Shown here: piece after piece, positions 53,771-62,530 of the stretch
Layout: the number at the start of each line of letters is the position of its first letter
How positions within the stretch are numbered: position 1 is the first letter of the stretch
From: Candidatus Marinacidobacterales bacterium
GTDB taxonomy: Bacteria; Acidobacteriota; Vicinamibacteria; Marinacidobacterales; DATDRI01
DNA length: 64,000 nt
Reading direction: 5' to 3'
NCBI GenBank assembly: GCA_965226495.1
Contig: OZ245365.1
Location: 1,248,001-1,312,000 of the forward strand
The notes under the pieces: model-generated
The model's input: the letters and a program-made list of their open reading frames with translations, nothing else
Told to the model about the DNA's origin: nothing
Databases searched by the model: none
Translations under genes and position numbers: made by a program

Positions 53771-54724
53771 GTGAAGAGGCTCCTTCTCATGACTCTGGTC
53801 CTGCCGCTCTTTATGGGCGTGCAAAATCAATCCCCCGCGGTCGACGAGCCAGTCACTTCTCCGGAAGAAGATGTGTTTGCCATCCGTACTGCCCTGGTGA
53901 CGGTCACCAACGAGAACGGATTTCCCCTGACCGGATTGGTGGCCAATGACTTCGAGGTGTTGGAGGTGGAAGTCTCGCGCGATATCGTCGAGGTCCTCGG
54001 AGACGAGGACGGACGGGAGATTTTCTTGCTTGTCGATACGAGCGCGGCCTTTCAGGGGGAGATCCCTTCGTTGCGAAAAGGGCTCCAGGCATTCGCTGCG
54101 GCGCTCCGGGAGCCTCACGAGATCATGTTGGTGGAATTCGGTGGGCGGCCCAAGCACCTGGCCGGGCCAACGAGCGACCGCTACCAGCTAGACCGAGCGG
54201 CAAGGAAGGTCATCGCTCGTAGCGAAGGCGCTTACCTGGCGGATGCGATCGCCGACGTTACCAGCGGGATTACCGCCGCCAAGCAAGTCGAGACCGAACC
54301 GCCAATGATTGTCATCGTGGCTTCTCTCTCATCGGACTTCTCGTCACGACGATTCAATGAAGCCTACGATCTCGCCGTTCAATCGAGAGCCGAGTTCTAT
54401 GTCGTGCGGTACGATCGTGGGTTCCGAGGCTCCTTCAATTCTGAACGAGTGGAGGATGTTTTGCGGGGTCTTTGTGAACGAAGTGGCGGCGCATTCACCA
54501 GGGTCCTGGCTGCCGGTGCGTTGGAGAAGACGCTCGGCGCACTGGCAACGCAGCTATTGCAGCCCCGATATCGAATATCTTTCTTGACCGAAGTCGAACC
54601 ACAAACCTTGATGGAAGACCTGAACATCACCGTTTTCCGAGAACACGCCAGGACACTTCTCATTCAGTTGCTCCCGTACGAGAGGCGCGTTACCGTCTCC
54701 CAACCTACTCAAGAAGGCCAATAA
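53771..54724 (+). CDS. Exported VWA-domain protein (acidobacterial VWFA-like)
   Basis: Signal peptide, VTVTNENG.PLTGL...DFEVLE, LLVDTS, LADAI and LCERSGG. Confidence 0.78.
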   Translation: MKRLLLMTLVLPLFMGVQNQSPAVDEPVTSPEEDVFAIRTALVTVTNENGFPLTGLVANDFEVLEVEVSRDIVEVLGDEDGREIFLLVDTSAAFQGEIPSLRKGLQAFAAALREPHEIMLVEFGGRPKHLAGPTSDRYQLDRAARKVIARSEGAYLADAIADVTSGITAAKQVETEPPMIVIVASLSSDFSSRRFNEAYDLAVQSRAEFYVVRYDRGFRGSFNSERVEDVLRGLCERSGGAFTRVLAAGALEKTLGALATQLLQPRYRISFLTEVEPQTLMEDLNITVFREHARTLLIQLLPYERRVTVSQPTQEGQ

Positions 54725-54737
54725 TCGTACTCTCTAA

Positions 54738-55682
54738 GTGAATATCATGAGAACACCCACGTTGTTTATCTTGACCTCCGTGTTGCTCCTTGGCCTCGCG
54801 AATCAAAGAGCTTATTCTCAAGACGCGTTCGCCATTCGCACCGCGCTGGTGTCGGTGACCGACTCGAGTGGCGCCCGCATCGAAGAGCTTGCCGAGGACG
54901 ACTTCAAGCTCGTCGAGCGCGGTGTCGAGCGAGACATCACGGCAGTGATGGATGAGGAAAAAGGCGCCGAGCTCTATCTCTTGGTCGACACCAGCGTGGC
55001 TATGCGGCGCTACGTCCAGCAGCTGAGGACCGGCGTCAAGCAATTCATCGACGCCATTGGCAGCCGTTTCGAGGTCACCCTCTATGAGGTCGGAATGAGG
55101 CCGAGAAAGCTGGCCGGGCCTACCAACGACCGAGCTGCTCTTTCGAGCGCGGTGTCGAAGCTCGTGGCCCAGGCGGGTGAGGGGGCTTACGTTCTAGATG
55201 CGATCTCTGAGACCAGCAAGGAGATACGCGACACCGAGCGCGAAGAAGATATACCGCCGGTCATCGTCGTGATCTTCACCGCCTCCGGCCCCGAACTATC
55301 ACACACTAGCGATCGGGCCGCCGAGAACGCGGGCAAGCGGTCTGGTGCGGTGTACCATGTCGTTATTTATGACGCGAGCGGCCAGGGAGGCAACCCTTCA
55401 CAACGCGCGAAGGTCGATAACGTTCTGGATGACTTGAGCAGAGAGACCGGCGGATCGCTGAAGCGGATCTTGTCTGCCAACGCGATCGGTAACGCTCTGA
55501 CGCGTGTCGCGGAAGAAGAGTTGCAGCCGGCGTACCGGGTATCATTCCTGACGGAGCTTTCTCCGGAGACAAAGCCCGAGGACCTGGAGATCTCCGTCGA
55601 CAGGTCCGGCGCGGAGGTGGAGCTCAGAAAGCTCCTTCCGGGAGAAAAGCGGGTGGACGCCAAGCCGCCCACAAGCCCCTGA
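54738..55682 (+). CDS. Exported VWA-domain protein, tandem paralogue
   Basis: Shares FAIRTALV, LLVDTS, LAGPT, EGAY, ETGG and YR.SFLTE with the upstream gene. Confidence 0.78.
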   Translation: MNIMRTPTLFILTSVLLLGLANQRAYSQDAFAIRTALVSVTDSSGARIEELAEDDFKLVERGVERDITAVMDEEKGAELYLLVDTSVAMRRYVQQLRTGVKQFIDAIGSRFEVTLYEVGMRPRKLAGPTNDRAALSSAVSKLVAQAGEGAYVLDAISETSKEIRDTEREEDIPPVIVVIFTASGPELSHTSDRAAENAGKRSGAVYHVVIYDASGQGGNPSQRAKVDNVLDDLSRETGGSLKRILSANAIGNALTRVAEEELQPAYRVSFLTELSPETKPEDLEISVDRSGAEVELRKLLPGEKRVDAKPPTSP

Positions 55683-55710
55683 ACGAGCTACTTCATAGGG
55701 CCGACAGTCC

Positions 55711-57174
55711 TCATCTCAGGCCCTCAGACCGGTCCGCCGGAACGCCGTAATCCTTCAGGATGTCTCCGTTCTCCAACTCGACCTGCTGCCGGTCGAGAAC
55801 AATGAGCCCGTCTCGATCGTCCTTGAAGACGACGAACGGATTGTCCGCACCGGCCTCCACGAACCGGATCAGCTCGGCTAGATTGTTCACCTTCTTGTCG
55901 TCTACCTCGATGATTCGCCGGTCCCCAACACGCTGGTAACCCACGTTCACGTCGGAGGGGAGAACGTGGTCCAGGATTACGACTTGCTCTTCTTCCGAGC
56001 TCCGGTACTCGTGACGAAAGGCAAGGAGGCGTTGGGGTGCGTCGTTTTGCCACTGCTTACCCCAGGCCTTGAGGTGATTAAGGGTCAATCCACTGAACAC
56101 CAGCCCGCCGTAGATGTAGTAGGCCGGCGGGGCCTCGTGGCCAGCCGGAACGAGCCTCTGATGGTTCATGGGTTGGTCTAGCGTCACGGAAACTTGAAGG
56201 GATTCCCCTTCACGCAGGATCCCGACACGGATCTCGTCACCCATTTGGTGAAGGCGAACAAAGTGGTTCAAGGGAGCACGTTCACCGCCCCGCATCACGA
56301 TGGTGCCGTCGTCGTCCAAGGGCAGGTCGTTCATCGTAAGCACCACATCCCGCGCACGAAGGTGGCCGTCGGCAGGCATACCGGGCACGACCGATGCGAT
56401 GATCACGCCAGACTGGGTCGCTTCGAGACCGCACATCTTACGGAGTCCGCCGTTCTTCAGAGGCTGCCAGCGAATCCCGAGCGAGGGGATGCCCTCGAAG
56501 TGGCCGTCTTCAACATCGGTTAGGAACTGCCTCACGATGGGCATGGGCACGATATGGCCGAGGTCTCCGTTCATCTGCGACTGCATCGCAACTCCCATAA
56601 CTTGCCCATCGACCACCGCCGCCCCGCCGCTGTTTCCCTTGCGTATCGCACCGTTCAACTTGACGGCTTGTAGAGCGGTATTGCTGTGGGCGTAGGTTTG
56701 TTCCTCGATCGCGGTCACGGCTCCGCGCGTGGCGCTCAGCGAGTCCTCTCCTCCTGGAAATCCATAGATCACCACGTCTTCACCTAGTCCCGGAAGCTCT
56801 CCGAAGGGAAGTGGAGTGATGCCCTCGAAAAAGGATGGTGTCTTGACCGTCAAAAGAGCGAGATCGGCCTCGTGCGATACGAACAAGACCCGCGCAACAT
56901 GCTTTTCCTCTCGCCCGTTGAGCCGCACTTGAAGAAAAGTTTGGTCGGCTACCACATGGGCGTTAGTCAGAATGCGGTGGCCTTCGATGACGAAACCCGA
57001 GCCGGTCGACTGACCGGGAAAGTAAGAATCCCAGGGACTGAAATAGTCCGGCTCGCTCTTGACAACGTAGACCTTGACCACAGAGGCGCGGACGTCGACG
57101 CCGTTCGCGAGAACTGGCAGAACGCCTAGCGCCCATAGAAATATCGACAGATGAATTAATGCACACGTCTTCAT
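55711..57174 (-). CDS. Trypsin-like serine protease with PDZ domains (Deg/HtrA, Deg2-like)
   Basis: GSGFVI, LTNAHVV, DLALL, GNSGG and YYIYGGLVF. Confidence 0.9.
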   Translation of the reverse strand: MKTCALIHLSIFLWALGVLPVLANGVDVRASVVKVYVVKSEPDYFSPWDSYFPGQSTGSGFVIEGHRILTNAHVVADQTFLQVRLNGREEKHVARVLFVSHEADLALLTVKTPSFFEGITPLPFGELPGLGEDVVIYGFPGGEDSLSATRGAVTAIEEQTYAHSNTALQAVKLNGAIRKGNSGGAAVVDGQVMGVAMQSQMNGDLGHIVPMPIVRQFLTDVEDGHFEGIPSLGIRWQPLKNGGLRKMCGLEATQSGVIIASVVPGMPADGHLRARDVVLTMNDLPLDDDGTIVMRGGERAPLNHFVRLHQMGDEIRVGILREGESLQVSVTLDQPMNHQRLVPAGHEAPPAYYIYGGLVFSGLTLNHLKAWGKQWQNDAPQRLLAFRHEYRSSEEEQVVILDHVLPSDVNVGYQRVGDRRIIEVDDKKVNNLAELIRFVEAGADNPFVVFKDDRDGLIVLDRQQVELENGDILKDYGVPADRSEGLR

Positions 57175-57207
57175 TTGTATGACTCCTGCCTCGGGCCCCT
57201 AGAAGGG

Positions 57208-57438
57208 CTAGGAGGATTGGCGGCGCTGGGCGGGAAGGTCCGATGCCATGCGGGCACCAACCATCGCCACCACTATCGCAACCAAGGCGAACAGCAGGAA
57301 TCCAGGGAAGACGAGCGGCAACAGGGTCTCCGGGGCCGGATAGAACAAGAGCAGAAGAAACGCGGCAGCCGTACCGGAAACCAAGCCGTTGGCCATCTGG
57401 ATACACGTCAACCAGGCGGTTCGAAGGATGGCAAGCAT
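57208..57438 (-). CDS. Small two-TM hypothetical membrane protein
   Basis: AAGGGAG RBS, 76 aa with two hydrophobic segments, co-directional with the protease gene. Confidence 0.5.
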   Translation of the reverse strand: MLAILRTAWLTCIQMANGLVSGTAAAFLLLLFYPAPETLLPLVFPGFLLFALVAIVVAMVGARMASDLPAQRRQSS

Positions 57439-57560
57439 TGAAACTCCCTTATTAAGTGCCTGGGGGAGGCAGGGAAATTATGAGAAGAAGATTAGCAGAA
57501 TCGACTACGGTTGGTCAAATGGGTCGACCCATTCATGCAAAAGGGAGTCGGTATGCCACG

Positions 57561-57601
57561 AAAAAAACCCCGCCGGCCCGGCAAGCCGGACAGGCGGGGT
57601 C
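57561..57601 (-). terminator. Intrinsic terminator after csp
   Basis: Minus-strand hairpin ACCCCGCC...GGCGGGGT followed by a T run. Confidence 0.8.
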
Positions 57602-57625
57602 TCGATACTAAAGAGGGTCAGTCAG

Positions 57626-57826
57626 TTAGACAGGTTTTACGTTCGAAGCCTGGGGGCCTTTCGGGCCCTGCGTCACCTCGAACTCGACCTTTTGACCTTC
57701 TTGGAGCGAACGGAAACCGTCGCCCGCGATCGCTGAAAAATGGACAAACACGTCGGGACCGTCTTCACGCTGGATGAAGCCGAAACCCTTGCTGTCGTTG
57801 AACCACTTTACGGAACCAGTTGCCAT
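57626..57826 (-). CDS. cspA: Cold-shock protein
   Basis: [23 protein letters not shown] and [10 protein letters not shown]. Confidence 0.97.
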   Translation of the reverse strand: MATGSVKWFNDSKGFGFIQREDGPDVFVHFSAIAGDGFRSLQEGQKVEFEVTQGPKGPQASNVKPV

Positions 57827-57985
57827 GCCGGGTCTACCTCCTTTCCTTCAAGATTCTCCCAACTGTGGTCGGGGTAAGGTGTAGACTCTGCAATGGCAAA
57901 ACAAAAAAGCCACGGGGATTTTGGTTCTTCCCGTGGCTCGTCTTTCGTTTCCTAAGCAAGAGAACAACTACACTTTACGGGACCG

Positions 57986-58014
57986 AGTATAGCATCGGCC
58001 GGTCGAAAACGCTA
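57986..58014 (-). promoter_or_regulatory. Putative sigma70 promoter of csp
   Basis: TAGCGT-17 nt-TATACT with extended TG. Implies a ~150-nt leader. Confidence 0.55.
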
Positions 58015-58070
58015 GTGCAAGTCAAGCCCCCCCCAGTCGAGGGATGGCCGGCCGGCGGTGGAGTGGACTG

Positions 58071-59009
58071 ATGGGGACGTTTCGTATCCTGAGCTTGGAC
58101 GGCGGAGGGGTCCGCGGCCTTCTATCTGCCGTCCTGCTCGAGCAGCTCGACTCTCGTGTTCCCGGATGGCGCGACAAAGTCGATCTGCTCGCAGGTACTT
58201 CCACCGGTGGCATCATCGCTCTCGGCCTTGGGAAAGGGTTGAGCCCAACCGAGCTCCGCGACTTCTACTACTACAAATCTCCCGAGATATTCGGAGATTC
58301 CTTTTGGGATGATTTGCGTGACTTGGGAGGGATTACCGGGGCGGAGTACAGCCTTAGGAGCCTCCGAAAGAACCTGGAAGCCATCTTCGGGAAGACAAGA
58401 TTGCAGGACCTCAGGACGCGGGTGTTGATCTCCTCGTTCGATCTCGATAACGAAGATAAGGACCCGATGAAACGGCGTTGGAAGCCCAAGTTCTTCCACA
58501 ATTACCCGGGCCAGGACAGCGATGGCGGCCGTCGCGCCTCGGACGTCGCCCTTTACACGAGTGCTGCGCCGACCTATTTCCCGTCCGTCGACGGATACAT
58601 CGACGGGGGTGTCGTCGCGAACAACCCGAGCATGGCCGCCGTGGCTCAAACTCAGGACAAGCGCGCGCGTATTCCGGGGCGCCCGTCGATCGATGAGATC
58701 GTCTTGCTCTCTGTCGGGACCGGCGAAGTGCTCTCCTTCGTGCCTGGCAAGCGTCATGACTGGGGTTTCGCCCAATGGGCCCAACCCTTAGTGAAGCTGA
58801 TGCTCGATGGCACGCTGGGCGTCCCCGACTACCAGTGCAAGCAGATACTGGGAAAGCAATATCAGCGCCTGAACTATACTTTCCCCCCGGGTCAAGAGAT
58901 CGAGCTCGACGAATATCAGGAGAGAGACCGGCTGGTAGATATCGGCGAGAACCAGATGGGGTCGGATCTCACCAAGACGGTCCGCTGGCTCAGAACCAAC
59001 TGGATGTAG
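58071..59009 (+). CDS. Patatin-like phospholipase (cytoplasmic)
   Basis: ILSLDGGGVRG, GTSTG, SAAPTYFP and DGGVVANNP. Confidence 0.92.
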   Translation: MGTFRILSLDGGGVRGLLSAVLLEQLDSRVPGWRDKVDLLAGTSTGGIIALGLGKGLSPTELRDFYYYKSPEIFGDSFWDDLRDLGGITGAEYSLRSLRKNLEAIFGKTRLQDLRTRVLISSFDLDNEDKDPMKRRWKPKFFHNYPGQDSDGGRRASDVALYTSAAPTYFPSVDGYIDGGVVANNPSMAAVAQTQDKRARIPGRPSIDEIVLLSVGTGEVLSFVPGKRHDWGFAQWAQPLVKLMLDGTLGVPDYQCKQILGKQYQRLNYTFPPGQEIELDEYQERDRLVDIGENQMGSDLTKTVRWLRTNWM

Positions 59010-59138
59010 CTTCGTAGGTTATTCGACGCCCCATCCGATCCCCGCGCCTGAGGTAAGCTGGGGGCTCGCCCGGTCTGCAGATGGATGCATCGCTATGCGG
59101 CCTCGCTTAGGTGAACGAGTAACGGGAGAATCGAAGAG

Positions 59139-59873
59139 ATGACCGAAGTCAGCGAAAAGCTCGAGGCGCTTGTTGAGAGGGATCGCGACCACGATTGTGA
59201 GGGTATAGGCCCGGCGAAGGTTTGCGTCAAGGTCGTGGGAGTTGCCGACCTGCCCACCCGGTTCGGACAATTTCGGATCGTAGCGTTCTGGAACAACCGA
59301 GACGCTAAAGAGCATGTCGCCATCGTGCGAGGTAACATCCTCGGCTCCGAGGACGTTCCCACGCGGCTTCACTCGGAGTGCGTGACCGGTGACGTCGTCG
59401 GCTCACTCCGCTGCGACTGCCGGGATCAATTAGAAATTGCCTTACGGAAGATTGGCACCTACGAAAAGGGGCTCATTCTTTACTTGCGCCAGGAGGGCAG
59501 AGGCATCGGCCTCATCAACAAAGTGCGCGCCTACGCGCTTCAAGACGAGGGGCTCGACACCGTCGACGCCAATGAGGCGCTCGGATTCCGGGATGACGAA
59601 CGCGACTATGCGATCGCGGCCCACATGATCCACAGTCTGAACGTGAAGTCCATACACCTCATGACCAACAACCCTCGCAAGATCGAACAGCTCACCCAGC
59701 ATGGCGTCAAGGTCAGCCAGCGTTTACCTCACGTCATACCCCCCAATGAGCACAACCGCTTCTACCTGGAGACCAAGGCGAATCGCTCGGGTCACTGGAT
59801 CGATTTTGCCGGCAAACCGCATCTGATGGAACAGAGTGATCCCGTCGTCGTCGAGGGAATGGCCGAGGAGTGA
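59139..59873 (+). CDS. ribA: GTP cyclohydrolase II
   Basis: RLHSECVTGD..GSLRCDC, YLRQEGRGIGL.NK..AY.LQD, DERDY and LMTNNPRK. Confidence 0.96.
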   Translation: MTEVSEKLEALVERDRDHDCEGIGPAKVCVKVVGVADLPTRFGQFRIVAFWNNRDAKEHVAIVRGNILGSEDVPTRLHSECVTGDVVGSLRCDCRDQLEIALRKIGTYEKGLILYLRQEGRGIGLINKVRAYALQDEGLDTVDANEALGFRDDERDYAIAAHMIHSLNVKSIHLMTNNPRKIEQLTQHGVKVSQRLPHVIPPNEHNRFYLETKANRSGHWIDFAGKPHLMEQSDPVVVEGMAEE

Positions 59874-60024
59874 GTGGGTTCCTAGTTTCTAGATCCGGTC
59901 CAGGGGATTTGGTGCTGATAGTTCCATCTCCCCTGAAACAAATGAAGTTTCGCGGGCGGAGTGGATATGCTATTTTCCTGGGCCAGGCCGTGAAGCAGTT
60001 TACTCCAACACCCTGAGGGCCCTC

Positions 60025-61026
60025 GTGTCACCTCTCAAGATTGGCGATCTAACCTCTCAGCCCGGGCGGACATTAAGAGGATGGCTCCAGGTCGGAACGA
60101 GACCGGCCGGAGCACCTCTAGAGATTCCGTTTTTCCTCATCCAAGGTGCCAAGGAAGGCCCCGTACTGCTCGTGGACGCGTGTAATCACGGGAGCGAGTA
60201 CGAAGGACCACCCGCCGTCATCAAGCTGGCTCGGTCTCTGGATCCCACGAAGCTTCGAGGCACCGTGATCGCGGTCCCCGTCGTAAACCTGCCCTCGTTT
60301 GAAGAGGGTAGACGGGAATCATCGATCGACGGTGTCAACATCAACCGCATTTGGCCGGGTGATGAAACTCGAACCATCTCCTACCAGCTCGCCTTCCACT
60401 ATTTTCGGGAGGTTGTAGAAAAGGCGAACTACGTCGTGACTCATCACAGCGGAGGGAGGGACCTCCAGCATCCTCCCCTGGTGGCGTTCCAGGACGATGG
60501 GGACGAGCTGGGAAAAAAGTCCCGGGAGCTCGCGCGCGCCTTCGGCACGAAATACCTGACTCGCTGGACCCCCTTCGATGGGGCCCTGGTCAAGGAGACG
60601 TGGAAGCGAGGCATCGTCACCCTCAACCCGGAAGCAGGGGGAGTCGATCGAAGCAAGAAGACTTTTTGGGGAAACGTCGATGCCCTCGTGAACGGTACCC
60701 TGGGTGTCATGAAACAGCTGGACATGCTCGACGGCAAGCCCAAATTGCCGACCAAGCAGATCGTCACCCGCACCGTTGCCGAGCCACCACTCTCCTATGT
60801 TCGACTCAAGGCGGGTGGGCTCTTTGTTCCCGAAGTCGAAATCGAAGATTCGGTCAAGAAGGGCACCGTTCTGGGGCGTCTCACCGATCTCTTTGGTGAC
60901 GACGTTCAAGTGATCGAGGCACCCATGGACGCACTCGTCCTAGGCCTTCACTACGACTGCCTCAGCTTCCCCGGAGAGTTCGCTACCATCCTAGGGGAGT
61001 ACGAGGAAACGATAGAGAACGCTTGA
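60025..61026 (+). CDS. Succinylglutamate desuccinylase/aspartoacylase family (M14)
   Basis: NHGSEYEG, VPVVN, NINRIWPG, HHSGG, PEAG and a biotinyl-like C-terminal tail. Confidence 0.88.
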   Translation: MSPLKIGDLTSQPGRTLRGWLQVGTRPAGAPLEIPFFLIQGAKEGPVLLVDACNHGSEYEGPPAVIKLARSLDPTKLRGTVIAVPVVNLPSFEEGRRESSIDGVNINRIWPGDETRTISYQLAFHYFREVVEKANYVVTHHSGGRDLQHPPLVAFQDDGDELGKKSRELARAFGTKYLTRWTPFDGALVKETWKRGIVTLNPEAGGVDRSKKTFWGNVDALVNGTLGVMKQLDMLDGKPKLPTKQIVTRTVAEPPLSYVRLKAGGLFVPEVEIEDSVKKGTVLGRLTDLFGDDVQVIEAPMDALVLGLHYDCLSFPGEFATILGEYEETIENA

Positions 61027-61074
61027 TCCGTTTCCACGGGTGAGGACGTCGCCCTGACCGCGGATGACCCCGCC

Positions 61075-62526
61075 ATGATCTATATCGTTGGCATCGCTCT
61101 ATACCTCGTTTTCCTGATCGGCATCGGAGTCTACAAGAGTCGCGCCGTCAAGACGCAAGACGACTTCATGGTGGCCAGCCGAAGCGTTTCGGCCTTATTC
61201 CTGGCCAGCACACTCATCTGTACTTCGGTGGGTTCCGGCATCTTGTTCGGCGGTGCGGGCCGCGCCTTTCGAGACGGCTTCTCCGCGATGTGGATGAACC
61301 TAGGTGGCTGGGCAGGCATGTTGGGAGTTTATTTCTTGGCCCACCGCGTTCAGCGGATAAAACAGTACACCGCTCCCGACATCCTCGAAATGCGATACAC
61401 CGCGACGGCCCGACTACTGGGTACCGGTGCCGTGATCATGGCCTACCTGACCATCGCGAGCTATCAGTTCAGAGGGGGAGGTCGTCTTCTGCACGTCCTG
61501 ACCGGGCTCGACCCCATTTACGGGCAAGTCATCACCTGCGTCTTGGCAGCGCTTTATACCGGCCTCGCCGGAATGCTTTCCATCGTCGCGCTCGACATCT
61601 TCAACGGAGTTTTGATCGCAGGTACCGCGTTGATTGCAGTCCCCTTCGTGCTGAAGGCGGCGGGCGGTTGGGGCTCGATGCAGACAACGCTGCCCGAGTC
61701 CCACTTCTACGCGTTCGGGTCCCTGGGGCTGCTCTCCACCCTCGGCTTGTTCTTTCCCTTGTTTCTCCAGATCGTCGGGGACAGCGGCATGTACCAAAAA
61801 CTCATGTCCGCGAAGGACCCCGACTCGGCACGGCGGGGCGTACTGGGGATGCTGGCGGGGGTGATTCCGATCCAGACGGCTTTGGCCGCCATCGGCGTGA
61901 TCGGGGCCGCCATCTACTGGAGCGATCCCGCTTTCGTCGGTTCGGGCGGTGGCTTCGACGCTGCAGCGACGGAGACTATCGTGCTTCAGGTGGGGCGCTT
62001 CGACTTGCCGGTCGTGCTTGGTGTCGCTCTCCTCTGTGCCGCCGCCGCTATCATTTTTTCGACCGCCAACACGATGCTGATGATCCCCTCGACGAACCTA
62101 ACGCGGGATGTCTATCAGAGGTTCGTGAACCCGCAGGCGAGCCAGCGGCGGATGGTTCTCGTGCAGCGGCTGATCATCGTCGTGCTCGCGGTCATCTCTT
62201 TCTCGATCGCGTCTTTTTTCGACAGCATCCTGGATATGGCTCTTTACGCCTATACGATGGTGGGTGCCGCGGTCACCCCGGCACTCCTGGCGGCTTTCCT
62301 TTGGCGACGGGTGACGGCTTTGGGGGGCACGGTATCGATCGCGGCGGGTATGACGGTAACCATGGGTTACGCCGTGCTCAATGCGTTCGGGGTCACGAAC
62401 ATGGGATACAGCTACATCATTTATCCAGCGGTGACCGCGTCGGTCGTTTGTCTGGTGGCGGTGAGTCTAGCAACGTCTCCCTCACCGGAAGAGAAGTGGC
62501 GTCCCTTCTGGCCAGATAAGGAATGA
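61075..62526 (+). CDS. Sodium:solute symporter (SSS) family
   Basis: TQDDFMVASR, TAPDILEMRY, YQFRGGG and RDVYQRFVNP. Paralogue of 20875-22290. Confidence 0.92.
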   Translation: MIYIVGIALYLVFLIGIGVYKSRAVKTQDDFMVASRSVSALFLASTLICTSVGSGILFGGAGRAFRDGFSAMWMNLGGWAGMLGVYFLAHRVQRIKQYTAPDILEMRYTATARLLGTGAVIMAYLTIASYQFRGGGRLLHVLTGLDPIYGQVITCVLAALYTGLAGMLSIVALDIFNGVLIAGTALIAVPFVLKAAGGWGSMQTTLPESHFYAFGSLGLLSTLGLFFPLFLQIVGDSGMYQKLMSAKDPDSARRGVLGMLAGVIPIQTALAAIGVIGAAIYWSDPAFVGSGGGFDAAATETIVLQVGRFDLPVVLGVALLCAAAAIIFSTANTMLMIPSTNLTRDVYQRFVNPQASQRRMVLVQRLIIVVLAVISFSIASFFDSILDMALYAYTMVGAAVTPALLAAFLWRRVTALGGTVSIAAGMTVTMGYAVLNAFGVTNMGYSYIIYPAVTASVVCLVAVSLATSPSPEEKWRPFWPDKE

Positions 62527-62530
62527 GTCT

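Noticed and set aside
58071-59009. Patatin considered as a CBASS CapV effector
   Set aside because: No CD-NTase or other defence gene is adjacent. The neighbours are csp and ribA.
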